Of a DNA stretch of 64,000 nt, positions 29,608 through 39,629 are shown in pieces. Origin of the DNA: Chloroflexota bacterium (GTDB lineage Bacteria > Chloroflexota > Dehalococcoidia > Lucifugimonadales > Lucifugimonadaceae); contig JAYZJV010000056.1 of NCBI GenBank assembly GCA_036164085.1, forward strand, positions 737-64,736. Direction: 5' to 3'. The notes beneath the pieces were generated by a model. That model was not told the DNA's origin, made no database searches, and saw nothing but the letters and a program-made list of their open reading frames with translations. Both the position numbers and the translations under genes were made by a program. The first letter of the stretch is position 1, and the number at the start of each line of letters is the position of its first letter.

Positions 29608-30501
29608 TTAATGTTTCTTTATTTCTACGCCTGCTAATTCTTCAACGTGCTTTGCAATTGCAGAGTGGTCACTTTTACCTTCACCTTTAGTAACTAGGCT
29701 AGTGAGAACTTGTTGCAAGTTTGCAGTAACTTGTAATGGGATGTTTAAATCTCGAGCTGCTTCCATTGCATTGTTAATATCTTTGTAGTGCAATTCTATT
29801 CTAAATCCAGGTTCAAAATTTCTGTCTACCATCATTGGAGCTTTTGCATTGATTACGTTTGAACCAGCCAAACCACCTTGAATAGCTTTATACACAGTCT
29901 CTGGATTTACACCAGATTTTGCAGCTAATGCTAGAGCTTCAGCTAATGCATGAATATTTGCACCTACACAAATTTGATTTGCTAATTTTGTGACTTGACC
30001 TGCTCCATGTTGACCGCATAATATTGCAGATTTGCCTAAAATATCGAATAGAGGTTTTGCTTGTTCAAAATCATCAGCTGATCCTCCAACCATTATTGCT
30101 AAATCACCTGAAATAGCGAAAGGCTCTCCTCCAGAAACAGGAGCATCAAGGAAGTTTATTCCTTTATTAGAACAACCTTTTCCAATTCTTTGAGAAACAC
30201 CAGGAGCAATTGAGCTCATATCTACTACCAAATGACCCTTTGAAGCTCCATCTGACACACCATCTTTGCCTAAAATTGCTGATTCAGCTTGTGGTCCATC
30301 CTGAACCATAGTAATAGTTATGTTTGTATTTGAAGATGCCTCTGCTGCAGATTTGCATCCAGTTGCTCCTTCTTTTGCCAATTCAGCTACTGGGTCTGGA
30401 AATAAGTCATAAACATAAAGTTCATAACCTGCTTTCATTAGGTTTTTTGCCATAGGTTTACCCATAATACCTAAACCTACAAATGCTATTTTCTCTGCCA
30501 T
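29608..30501 (-). CDS. 3-hydroxyisobutyrate / 2-hydroxy-3-oxopropionate (tartronate semialdehyde) reductase family dehydrogenase
   Basis: IAFVGLGIMGKPMAKNL Rossmann motif and a 6-PGDH-like C-terminal domain. The ATG at 30501 is preferred over the TTG at 30516 because aagggga precedes it. Confidence 0.85.
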   Translation of the reverse strand: MAEKIAFVGLGIMGKPMAKNLMKAGYELYVYDLFPDPVAELAKEGATGCKSAAEASSNTNITITMVQDGPQAESAILGKDGVSDGASKGHLVVDMSSIAPGVSQRIGKGCSNKGINFLDAPVSGGEPFAISGDLAIMVGGSADDFEQAKPLFDILGKSAILCGQHGAGQVTKLANQICVGANIHALAEALALAAKSGVNPETVYKAIQGGLAGSNVINAKAPMMVDRNFEPGFRIELHYKDINNAMEAARDLNIPLQVTANLQQVLTSLVTKGEGKSDHSAIAKHVEELAGVEIKKH

Positions 30502-30560
30502 AATTTTCCCCTTCAAAATTTTTTTTTCTATAATTTCCTATCTTATAAGAATAAGTAAAT

Positions 30561-31298
30561 TTAATCTTTCCAAAACCTTTCTTCTAAGAAAGTGTACTCA
30601 GTGTTTTCTAATTTATCTTTAACATCTTCTATCATTCCTGGGTGACCACAAGCATATACAATTGTTTCAGTTGGATTTAATCCCCATGCTTTTAATCTTT
30701 CTTCAATGATATTATTTACCCTACCTTCAAATCCATTCCAATTTTTATTTCTATCTTCTGTAGGTCTACTCACAGACATTTCAAAAACTACGTTATCATT
30801 TTTTGATTCGAAATTACTTAGTTCTTTATCATATCCAAATTCATCAAAGTAAGAAGCACCTTCTAATACATAGAAATTGCAATTTGAATAATCTGCTTCA
30901 TTTAAGTGTTTTCGTAGCATACTTACGTAAGGAGCTATACCTGTAACTGTTCCAACCATCACATGGTTTTTGAAATCAGGTTTTATCACAAAAATTCCTT
31001 TAGCTCTTAATCTCATTGTTACAGTCTCTCCAACATTTAGTTGATCTAATAAAGGGGTTAAGTTTCCGTCTGGTGGAGGAACTAATTCTATGAAAAGTTC
31101 TATTTGATCTTCATCAGGAGAAGAAGCGATTGAGTAAGCCCTTTCAATCCCGCCAGAACCTATAGTGCAATATTGTCCAGGTTTAAAATCAAATTTTTGT
31201 TCTGGTTTAAGCCACATTTTCCATAAATCTTCAGTTAACTGTTCTTTCTTAGTTATTTTAGCCCACTGAAATTTACCTTTTACAACGTTTAAAGTCAT
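30561..31298 (-). CDS. Ferredoxin-NADP(+) reductase-type flavoprotein
   Basis: FAD motif RAYSIAS, NADP motif GTVTGIAP, C-terminal CGHPGM. 245 aa. RBS ggagg upstream. Confidence 0.85.
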   Translation of the reverse strand: MTLNVVKGKFQWAKITKKEQLTEDLWKMWLKPEQKFDFKPGQYCTIGSGGIERAYSIASSPDEDQIELFIELVPPPDGNLTPLLDQLNVGETVTMRLRAKGIFVIKPDFKNHVMVGTVTGIAPYVSMLRKHLNEADYSNCNFYVLEGASYFDEFGYDKELSNFESKNDNVVFEMSVSRPTEDRNKNWNGFEGRVNNIIEERLKAWGLNPTETIVYACGHPGMIEDVKDKLENTEYTFLEERFWKD

Positions 31299-31481
31299 TT
31301 AATAGACCTCCTAATTTTATAATTTTGAATTAAATTTGAGAAAGTTTAATTTTTTAAACGTTAGTATTATAGACTTTTTATTTGATAATCAACAGGATTA
31401 AAGGTCTATTAAATAACTCAACAATAAAAAAACAATCCATTACTTTTTACATCAAATATATACTGTTCATATTTACGGGTA

Positions 31482-31509
31482 TTGAATAATATTAAAAAAT
31501 TGTTATCAT
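31482..31509 (+). promoter_or_regulatory. Candidate pyr operon promoter (TTGAAT-16 nt-TGtTATCAT, extended -10)
   Basis: TTGAAT at 31482-31487 and TG-n-TATCAT at 31501-31509. Read by eye. Confidence 0.35.
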
Positions 31510-31530
31510 TTATGTGATCAAAATTCTTTA

Positions 31531-31560
31531 AGTAGGTTCAGAGAGGCCTCAAGGATAAAT
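31531..31560 (+). promoter_or_regulatory. PyrR binding-loop-like RNA element overlapping the pyrR RBS
   Basis: aGGUUCAGAGAGGCCUCAAGGAU matches the conserved (U)CCAGAGAGGC...AAGG core of PyrR binding loops. AAGGA is the only SD candidate for the TTG start at 31563. Confidence 0.6.
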
Positions 31561-31562
31561 AA

Positions 31563-32114
31563 TTGAAATCTATTGAAAATTACAAAACACTTCTAGACGA
31601 AGATGATATTCGACGTGCTGTAGCTCGTTTATCTCATGAGATTATTGAATCAAATCAAGGAGTAAATAACTTGATTTTGATTGGAATCAGAACTAGAGGT
31701 CATCATATTGCGTCACGTATAGTAAATATGATAAATACTTTTGAAAATACTTCACTGGATTGTCATTCAATTAATCCAAAATTTTTTAGAGACGATATTG
31801 AAATTCAAGATAAATCTCCAGAAATTGATTTAGATGTTAATGTTCATGAAAAAAATTTAATACTGATTGATGACGTGTTATTTACAGGAAGAACGATTAG
31901 AGCAACTTTAGAGGCTATTTTTACACTTGGGAGGCCTAAAAGCATAAAGTTAGCCGCACTAGTTGATAGGGGACACAGAGAAATTCCTATTAGGCCAGAT
32001 TTCATTGGTAAAAGTATTCCAACATCTAATTCAGAGCATATAAAAGTGTTTATGAAAGAAGAAGATGGTATAGATAAAGTAGGTTTATCAAAGGAAAGGA
32101 CTGTTAAAAATTGA
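31563..32114 (+). CDS. pyrR: Bifunctional pyrimidine operon regulator / uracil phosphoribosyltransferase PyrR
   Basis: IRRAVARLSHEIIE N-terminus and PRPP motif LILIDDVLFTGRT. 183 aa. TTG start. Confidence 0.92.
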   Translation: MKSIENYKTLLDEDDIRRAVARLSHEIIESNQGVNNLILIGIRTRGHHIASRIVNMINTFENTSLDCHSINPKFFRDDIEIQDKSPEIDLDVNVHEKNLILIDDVLFTGRTIRATLEAIFTLGRPKSIKLAALVDRGHREIPIRPDFIGKSIPTSNSEHIKVFMKEEDGIDKVGLSKERTVKN

Positions 32115-33040
32115 ATCATTTAGTTAAACATTTATTGGATATAGATCATCTATCTAAAGATTATATTTATGATTTATTAAGTGATACAACAAAAATAAAA
32201 AACAAACAGTCCTTTTCTAAAATAAGCGGTAAAGATGTATGTGCTTTATTTTATGAAGATTCTACTAGAACTAAATTAAGTTTTCAAAAGGCATGTAGTA
32301 ATATGAATCTAAATTTTCACAATCTAGATTTACAAAAATCAAGCCTAAACAAGGGAGAGTCTTTTTATAACACGATAAAGACAATTAATAGCATCGGTAT
32401 GAATTTATTTATTATAAGACATTTTTCATCAGGGGCGGCTTATTTTTTAGCAAGAAATACAAACTCGTGTGTGATAAATGCAGGTGACGGTTCTCATGCA
32501 CACCCTACGCAAACTCTTTCAGACTTATTCACCATATATGAATTAGAGAAAAAATTTGAAGATTTGGAAATATCAATTGTAGGTGACGTTTTATATAGTC
32601 GTGTTGCTAGATCTAATATTTTAGGATTCCTAAAAATGGGTTCTAGAGTAAATATATTAGGACCGAAAGAATTGATTCCAAAAGTGATAATTGAAATATA
32701 TGAATCATTAGATAGATCTTTTAAAAATAAAATTCGATATTATGAAGATTTTGAAAAACCTGTACTAAGCTCGAATTTTCTAATGGCATTACGAATTCAA
32801 AAAGAGAGATTTACTTCAAATACAATTATGGATTTTCATTCATATAAATGGAAAATTGATATGGAAAAATTAAAAAAATTCAAAAAAGACGTTTTTGTTA
32901 TGCATCCTGGGCCTGTAAATGAGGAAATCGAGTTGTCTCACGAATTAGTTCATTCTGATCGATCGCTTATTTCAAAACAGGTAGAAAATGGAGTTTATGT
33001 AAGGCAAAAAATCATAGAGAGATTGTTAGAAAATGAATAA
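32111..33040 (+). CDS. pyrB: Aspartate carbamoyltransferase catalytic subunit
   Basis: STRTKLSF (STRTR motif), HPTQ, HPGP. TTG start overlapping the pyrR stop (TTGA). Confidence 0.92.
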   Translation: MNHLVKHLLDIDHLSKDYIYDLLSDTTKIKNKQSFSKISGKDVCALFYEDSTRTKLSFQKACSNMNLNFHNLDLQKSSLNKGESFYNTIKTINSIGMNLFIIRHFSSGAAYFLARNTNSCVINAGDGSHAHPTQTLSDLFTIYELEKKFEDLEISIVGDVLYSRVARSNILGFLKMGSRVNILGPKELIPKVIIEIYESLDRSFKNKIRYYEDFEKPVLSSNFLMALRIQKERFTSNTIMDFHSYKWKIDMEKLKKFKKDVFVMHPGPVNEEIELSHELVHSDRSLISKQVENGVYVRQKIIERLLENE

Positions 33041-34364
33041 ACTTTTATTGAAAAACTTTCATCTTTTTGACCCATCTGAGAATCTAAATGATGTTTCAGA
33101 TTTACTAATAGAAGATGGAATAATTAAACAAATATCACCATACATAGATTTATCAGATGTGAAGATTATTGATGGTAATAAAAATTTACTTATTCCAGGG
33201 CTGATAGATTTTCATGTTCATTATAGAGATCCTGGAGAAACTTATAAAGAAGACATAAAAACTGGTTCAGAAGCTTCTGCTAAAGGGGGGTTTACGACTG
33301 TTATTATGATGTCAAATACTAACCCTACTATGGATAACTTAGATTCAATAAATGTTCAGAAAAAAAATATTGATCAAAACTCTCGGATAAGAATTGTTCA
33401 AACATCCTCAGTAACAATTGGTAGAAAAGGTAAAGAATTAGTAGATATTGATTTACTGTCAAAAAATGGAGTTGTTTCATTTAGTGATGATGGAGACGTT
33501 ATTGCTGATCCAAAAATTTTGACTAAAGCTCTCAAACTTGCAAATAAAAATAATAGAACGATTTTTGAGCATTGCGAGGAACACGAATTAGTAAAAGATG
33601 GAAGTGTAAACTCTGGAAGAGTTTCCATAAGATTGGGATTGAGACCTAGACCAAAAGAAGCTGAAATAAACTGTGTAAAAAGAGATATTGAAATAGCTAA
33701 GAAAAATGATTTATGGATATATTTACAACATATTTCTTGCAAAGAAAGTGTTCAATTGATAAGAGAAGCAAAAAATCAAGGTGTAAAAGTAACTGCAGAG
33801 GTAACTCCACATCACCTTTTTATGAATGAATTTTGGACTTATGGTAAAAAAGGGGAAGTCCCTTCTTGGATTGATTTAAATTCATATGACACAAATACCA
33901 GGGTTAATCCACCTCTAAGATCTGATGAGGATAGAATAAGTTTGCTTGATGGGGTAAGAGATGGAACTCTAGACATAATTGCTACCGACCACGCTCCTCA
34001 TAGTACTGGCGACAAGTTAGATACTTTTGATTCAGCTCCTGCTGGTATTAATGGAGCTGAAACAGCTCTAATTACATTGTTAGAACTGGTAAATAGAAAT
34101 GAATTAGAGTTAGAAAAAATAGTGACGACAATGTGTAATAATCCTGGTGCAATATTAAATAATATATTGAACTTAAATATAGGAAGAATCAAAAAAGGTT
34201 ATAAGGCAGATTTAGTTGTTATTGATAATAATTCTAACTCAAAAATCAATGAAGAATTTTTTATTTCTAAAAGTTTAAATTCACCTCTTATAGGTTCAAA
34301 AATGAAAGGAAGAATTCTTATGACTATCTTTGATGGAAAACTATTATTTGAGGCTAAAAAATGA
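33033..34364 (+). CDS. pyrC: Dihydroorotase
   Basis: DFHVHYRDPG metal motif, ATDHAPH. 443 aa. Confidence 0.92.
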   Translation: MNKLLLKNFHLFDPSENLNDVSDLLIEDGIIKQISPYIDLSDVKIIDGNKNLLIPGLIDFHVHYRDPGETYKEDIKTGSEASAKGGFTTVIMMSNTNPTMDNLDSINVQKKNIDQNSRIRIVQTSSVTIGRKGKELVDIDLLSKNGVVSFSDDGDVIADPKILTKALKLANKNNRTIFEHCEEHELVKDGSVNSGRVSIRLGLRPRPKEAEINCVKRDIEIAKKNDLWIYLQHISCKESVQLIREAKNQGVKVTAEVTPHHLFMNEFWTYGKKGEVPSWIDLNSYDTNTRVNPPLRSDEDRISLLDGVRDGTLDIIATDHAPHSTGDKLDTFDSAPAGINGAETALITLLELVNRNELELEKIVTTMCNNPGAILNNILNLNIGRIKKGYKADLVVIDNNSNSKINEEFFISKSLNSPLIGSKMKGRILMTIFDGKLLFEAKK

Positions 34365-35452
34365 AAAAAGTAAATTTAGTTTTACAAGATGGGAGCACGT
34401 ATGAAGGGTTTTCATTTGGTTATTATAAAGATGTTATAGGGGAAGTTGTTTTCAATACTTCTATGACAGGTTATCAAGAAATGTTGACAGATCCATCTTA
34501 TAGAGGGCAAATATTAATCCCAACCTACCCAATGATAGGAAATTATGGAATTAGCTCTTCAGATATTGAATCTAGTGAAATTCAAGTATCTGGATTTGTA
34601 GTCAGACAATTTTGTGAAATTCCTTCTCATAATAATTCAATAATGAATATTGATGAATATCTTTTAAAAAATAGAATCCCAGCAATTCATGGTCTTGATA
34701 CAAGATCTATAGTGAAAAAAATCCGAAATTATGGAGTGATGATGGGTTCCATTACCACTGAAAAAAATTTAGAAAGAGTTATTGAAAAACTTAATTCTAT
34801 AGATTCATATGACGATTATAATTTTGTTTCTGAAGTTTCTATCACGAAAAAAGTAATCAGAAAAAAAGATGAAATCAAATTCAATATAGCTCTATTAGAT
34901 TTAGGAGTTAAAAATAATATTATAAGATTGTTAGAAAAAAGAGGATGTAAAGTAACTGTATATCCTTATAATTCAAAATCTTCAGAAATTATTGATTCCA
35001 ACCCTGACGGGATAGTATTATCTCCAGGGCCAGGAGACCCCAACAATTTAACTGACATTTTAGAAAATGTAAAAAATTTAATATTCTCTAAAATACCTAT
35101 TTTAGGGATTTGTTTAGGTCATCAACTGATAGCCAAATCATTGGGAGCTTCAACATTCAAACTTCCTTATGGACATCGTGGAGGGAACCAACCAGTAAAA
35201 GATATTAAAACAAATAAAGTTTATGTTACAGCTCAAAATCACGGTTATGCTGTTTCAAGAGAAAAAATGCCTTTAGAACTTGAAGTTACCCATGTGAATC
35301 TAAATGACGATACGATATCTGGATTGTGTCATAAAAAATTACCAGTTTTTTCTATACAATATCATTCTGAAGCATCTCCAGGACCAAAAGATTCAGAATA
35401 TATATTTGATGAATTTATTCAAAAAATTATTTCTAAGAAAGAGAGTCAATGA
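34361..35452 (+). CDS. carA: Carbamoyl-phosphate synthase small (glutaminase) subunit
   Basis: GICLGHQL catalytic Cys context, QNHGYAV, YHSEASPGP. ATGA overlap with pyrC. Confidence 0.95.
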   Translation: MKKVNLVLQDGSTYEGFSFGYYKDVIGEVVFNTSMTGYQEMLTDPSYRGQILIPTYPMIGNYGISSSDIESSEIQVSGFVVRQFCEIPSHNNSIMNIDEYLLKNRIPAIHGLDTRSIVKKIRNYGVMMGSITTEKNLERVIEKLNSIDSYDDYNFVSEVSITKKVIRKKDEIKFNIALLDLGVKNNIIRLLEKRGCKVTVYPYNSKSSEIIDSNPDGIVLSPGPGDPNNLTDILENVKNLIFSKIPILGICLGHQLIAKSLGASTFKLPYGHRGGNQPVKDIKTNKVYVTAQNHGYAVSREKMPLELEVTHVNLNDDTISGLCHKKLPVFSIQYHSEASPGPKDSEYIFDEFIQKIISKKESQ

Positions 35453-38400
35453 AAAATAAAACGGTTTTAGTTGTAGGTTCTGGTCCAATAATTATTGGTC
35501 AAGCTGCTGAATTTGATTACGCTGGTGCACAGGCTTGTAAATCCTTGAGAGAAGATGGATATAGGGTTGTTTTAATTAATTCAAACCCAGCTACCATAAT
35601 GACAGATAAAGAGATGGCCGATCGAGTTTATATTGAGCCTATAACTACAGAAATAGTTGAAAAAATAATAATTAAAGAGTGTCCTTTTGGAATTTTGGGA
35701 ACTTTAGGGGGACAAACTGGTTTAAACCTTACCTCAGAACTTCATAAAGAAGGGATTCTTGAAAAATATAATGTAGAAATTTTAGGAACAAGCATTGATT
35801 CCATAGAAACTGCAGAGGATAGAGATAAATTCAGAGAATTCTTGATGAAAATAAATCAACCTACACCACCTTCTATTGCTGTAAATGATGTACAGAGTGC
35901 CAAAAATGCAGCAAAAAAAATAGGCTTTCCTGTGGTAATAAGACCGGCTTATACTTTAGGGGGTACAGGTGGAGGAATCGCAAAAAATGAAAAAGAATTA
36001 GTTGAAATTTCAAATCAAGGAATAAGTCTCTCTAGGGTTGGACAAGTATTAATAGAGAAATCGTTAGTAGGTTGGAAAGAGGTTGAATATGAGGTTATGA
36101 GAGATAACAAAGGCAACGTAATTACGATATGCAATATGGAAAATATTGATCCAATGGGAGTACACACAGGAGATTCAATAGTAGTAGCTCCGTCACAAAC
36201 CTTAAATGATAAAGAATATCAAATGTTGAGAACTGCTAGCTTGGATATTATTTCTAATTTGGAAATTAAAGGAGGATGTAATGTCCAATTAGCTTTGAAG
36301 CCTTCTAAAATAGTTAAAGACACCATAGGAAATAGTTTCGAATCTGATCCTGATTATTATGTAATCGAAGTTAATCCTAGAGTATCTAGATCATCTGCAC
36401 TTGCTTCTAAAGCTACAGGATATCCTATTGCAAGAATTGCATCAAAAATAGCCCTAGGAAAAAATCTTGATGAAATTACAAATCCAGTTACAGGTAAGAC
36501 TTTTTCTGTTTTTGAACCATCTCTAGATTATTGTGTAGTAAAAATCCCTCGATGGCCATTTGATAAATTTCCAGATGCTGATAGAAGTTTGGGCACACAA
36601 ATGAAAGCAACTGGTGAAGTAATGGGCATTGAAAGAACATTTGAAGCAGCTTTATTAAAATCAATAAGATCTTTAGAAAACAATAAACCAGACTTATTAA
36701 TTGATCCAGACAATGAAAATGTTGATAAACCTATGGATGATAGATTATGGGACATAGCCAAAAGAATCAGAAATGGTTCAAATGCACTTAATGAGACAAA
36801 GAGAACATATATTGACTTATGGTTCACCAATGCTATTGAAAAAATAATAAATATAGAGAAAAAACTAATTGATAACGTCTTATCGCAAGAATTATTTTTG
36901 GTTGCTAAAGATTATGGTTTTTCAGATAAATATATTGCAAAACTAAAACATACTGATGAACTAAAAATAAGAGAAGCTAGAAAATCCTTCGGAGTGATTC
37001 CAACTTATAAAATGGTAGATACATGTGCGGCTGAATTTGAGGCAAAAACTACTTATTTTTATAGTACATATGAAAAAGAAAATGAAGCAATTCCTTTGGA
37101 AGGAAAAAAAGCCATTGTACTGGGAAGTGGACCAATACGCATAGGTCAAGGAATTGAGTTTGACTATTGTTCTGTTCACGCATCTAAAAGTCTACAATCA
37201 AACGATATCAAATCTATCCTAATAAACTCAAACCCTGAAACAGTGTCAACAGATTTTGATACTTCATCAAGACTTTATTTTGAACCATTAGACTCGGAAA
37301 GTGTTATGGATATTATTGAAAACGAATCAAAAAAAGGAGATTTAGTAGATTCTTTGGTACAATTTGGAGGCCAAACTGCAATAAATATGTCTCAAGATCT
37401 AGGTAAAAATAGTTTTCCTATTAAAGGCTCTTCAGCTGAAGTAATAAACCTTGCATCTGAAAGAGGCAGTTTTGAAGAAATATGTAAAAAATCTGGAGTT
37501 TTACAACCAGAGGGATCTGCAACTGTAGATTTATCTGAAGCTATAAAAATAGCAGACAAAGTAGGTTACCCAGTTATGGTCAGACCTTCATATGTTCTGG
37601 GAGGTAGAGCTATGGAAATCGTATATAAAGAAAAAGACTTAATTAGATATTTCAAGAGAGCTCAAAATTTTGTACCAGGTCAAACAATTTTAGTAGATCA
37701 TTATATTGATGGAATTGAAATCGAAGTTGATGCTATATGTGACGAAGAAAACATTTTAATTCCGGGAATTATGCAACATGTTGAGAGGGCAGGAATACAT
37801 TCTGGTGATAGCACTGCAGTTTATCCAGCTTATGACTTATCAGAAAAAGAGAAAAAAGATCTTGTAGATGCAACTAGAAAACTAGGGAAATCATTGGGAA
37901 TTAAAGGTTTAATGAACATACAATTTATTGTTAAGAGAGAGAAAAAATCTTTTTTTGATTCATCTAAGGAAAATCAGCCAGAAGATTCAAAGTTATATGT
38001 AATTGAGGTTAATCCTAGATCTAGCAGGACTATCCCTTTTATTTCTAAGGTAACGGGTATCCCAATGATAGATTTGGCTATTAAAGTTATTTATGGAGAA
38101 AAATTAAATTCCCTTGGATTTTCAACAGGATTAGTTGAGGAAAAAAAACTTTTTGCAGTAAAAGCTCCTGTTTTTTCTATGTCAAAATTATCTGGAGTAG
38201 ACACTTATTTAGGACCAGAAATGAAATCTACAGGTGAAGTCATGGGTATTGATAATAACCTTCCAAATGCTATGAAAAAAGCTATGATTGCATCAGGCTT
38301 AGAAATTGATTCTAAAACAAGTTTTTTATTGTCTATAGCTGATAGAGATAAAAAAGACTCTGTAGAGTTTATAAAAAAATTAAATAAAAATGGCAATAAA

Positions 38401-38703
38401 ATTTTTGCAACAGAAGGTACTTTTAATTTTATAAAATCTATGGGTTTTGAAGCAGAAAAAGTCAATAAAATTTTGAGTCAATCTCCTACTGTTATATATT
38501 TAATTAGTGATGGGAAAGTTGGAGCCGTTCTTAATACAGTCACAGGGGATAGATCTTCTATGCAAGATGGATATCATATTAGAAGAAAAGCGACAGAGTT
38601 GTCAGTACCTTGTTACACTTCTATCGATACAGCTTATGCGACTATAATGGACATGCGAAATAAACCAATTAATGTAAATACTGTAGAAGATTATATTAGT
38701 TAG
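35449..38703 (+). CDS. carB: Carbamoyl-phosphate synthase large subunit
   Basis: 1084 aa. Duplicated ATP-grasp halves (GSGPIIIGQAAEFDYAG and GSGPIRIGQGIEFDYC) and a C-terminal MGS-like domain. Confidence 0.97.
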   Translation: MKNKTVLVVGSGPIIIGQAAEFDYAGAQACKSLREDGYRVVLINSNPATIMTDKEMADRVYIEPITTEIVEKIIIKECPFGILGTLGGQTGLNLTSELHKEGILEKYNVEILGTSIDSIETAEDRDKFREFLMKINQPTPPSIAVNDVQSAKNAAKKIGFPVVIRPAYTLGGTGGGIAKNEKELVEISNQGISLSRVGQVLIEKSLVGWKEVEYEVMRDNKGNVITICNMENIDPMGVHTGDSIVVAPSQTLNDKEYQMLRTASLDIISNLEIKGGCNVQLALKPSKIVKDTIGNSFESDPDYYVIEVNPRVSRSSALASKATGYPIARIASKIALGKNLDEITNPVTGKTFSVFEPSLDYCVVKIPRWPFDKFPDADRSLGTQMKATGEVMGIERTFEAALLKSIRSLENNKPDLLIDPDNENVDKPMDDRLWDIAKRIRNGSNALNETKRTYIDLWFTNAIEKIINIEKKLIDNVLSQELFLVAKDYGFSDKYIAKLKHTDELKIREARKSFGVIPTYKMVDTCAAEFEAKTTYFYSTYEKENEAIPLEGKKAIVLGSGPIRIGQGIEFDYCSVHASKSLQSNDIKSILINSNPETVSTDFDTSSRLYFEPLDSESVMDIIENESKKGDLVDSLVQFGGQTAINMSQDLGKNSFPIKGSSAEVINLASERGSFEEICKKSGVLQPEGSATVDLSEAIKIADKVGYPVMVRPSYVLGGRAMEIVYKEKDLIRYFKRAQNFVPGQTILVDHYIDGIEIEVDAICDEENILIPGIMQHVERAGIHSGDSTAVYPAYDLSEKEKKDLVDATRKLGKSLGIKGLMNIQFIVKREKKSFFDSSKENQPEDSKLYVIEVNPRSSRTIPFISKVTGIPMIDLAIKVIYGEKLNSLGFSTGLVEEKKLFAVKAPVFSMSKLSGVDTYLGPEMKSTGEVMGIDNNLPNAMKKAMIASGLEIDSKTSFLLSIADRDKKDSVEFIKKLNKNGNKIFATEGTFNFIKSMGFEAEKVNKILSQSPTVIYLISDGKVGAVLNTVTGDRSSMQDGYHIRRKATELSVPCYTSIDTAYATIMDMRNKPINVNTVEDYIS

Positions 38704-38714
38704 ATAATTATATT

Positions 38715-39539
38715 TTAAGATTTAACAGCTCTCACTGAAAGCCAATTTCTTGGAACGGTAGTTAATTTCATTTCATTGAAAATTTCTTTTAAAGCTTTTT
38801 GTAAAGTAGATTTACCTATTTCCAATGGAACTCCTGGAAGAACTCCTTCTATCCAGTCTTTAAATTCACTAATGTAATGAAATCCGTCTATTGGGACTTG
38901 ATATGATTTTGCTTTGATGTGTTCTACTTTATATCCTGTTTTCTCTAATAAAATAATGTAATCATCTGGAGAAAGGTGTTGTCTTGAAGATACTTTTGCA
39001 GATTTATCAGGCTTAAGGTTATGGTCTTTTTTTAATAATCTAAATGATCTAAACATCCATTTTTTATAAAAATCTAAAGATTCATCAGGATGTGAACCTT
39101 CATAGAAAGAAGAATTAAATGCTAAAACTCCATTTTGATTTAACTTATTCCTGATTTCTTTAAGTAATTTCTCTTTATCAGGGACATAATGGATTGAATT
39201 ACAATAAATCATTGCATCTGCTTTTTCTTTAACTGCTTCTGTAAGATTTTGTACTTCTGAATGTATAAATTTAACTATAGGGTTATTTTCTACTTCTTGA
39301 GCTGCTGTTTTTAATGCACTTTTGGAGCTATCTACAGCAAAAATAACTGAGTTTTTTGCTAATTGTAATTTTTCCAAAATTAATTTTGTAATATTACCAG
39401 TTCCACATCCTAAATCTACTATGGATTTTTTATCATATATGTTAGCTAATTCTATAAATTCTGAATTTATAGAACTGTAGAATGGTAAATTTGCAAACGC
39501 ATTGAATGCGTATTGTTCACTTTCAGTTTGATTAGCCAT
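38715..39539 (-). CDS. Class I SAM-dependent methyltransferase
   Basis: Motif I VDLGCGTGN. 274 aa. Substrate unknown. Confidence 0.8.
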   Translation of the reverse strand: MANQTESEQYAFNAFANLPFYSSINSEFIELANIYDKKSIVDLGCGTGNITKLILEKLQLAKNSVIFAVDSSKSALKTAAQEVENNPIVKFIHSEVQNLTEAVKEKADAMIYCNSIHYVPDKEKLLKEIRNKLNQNGVLAFNSSFYEGSHPDESLDFYKKWMFRSFRLLKKDHNLKPDKSAKVSSRQHLSPDDYIILLEKTGYKVEHIKAKSYQVPIDGFHYISEFKDWIEGVLPGVPLEIGKSTLQKALKEIFNEMKLTTVPRNWLSVRAVKS

Positions 39540-39629
39540 GATCTAAAATTTCTTTAAACTTGTTATTATATTTATATAAATATTTTAACTTAGAGTAACA
39601 GTATTTCGAATACTTTTATACATGTAAAA

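Noticed and set aside
39540-39629. A Moco riboswitch or ModE operator upstream of modA, and a TPP riboswitch upstream of the THI5-like gene (12319-12414).
   Set aside because: Both gaps are only ~90 nt and extremely AT-rich, with no conserved riboswitch cores (for example CTGAGA for TPP). The small repeat AGTATTTCGAATACT is imperfect and short.
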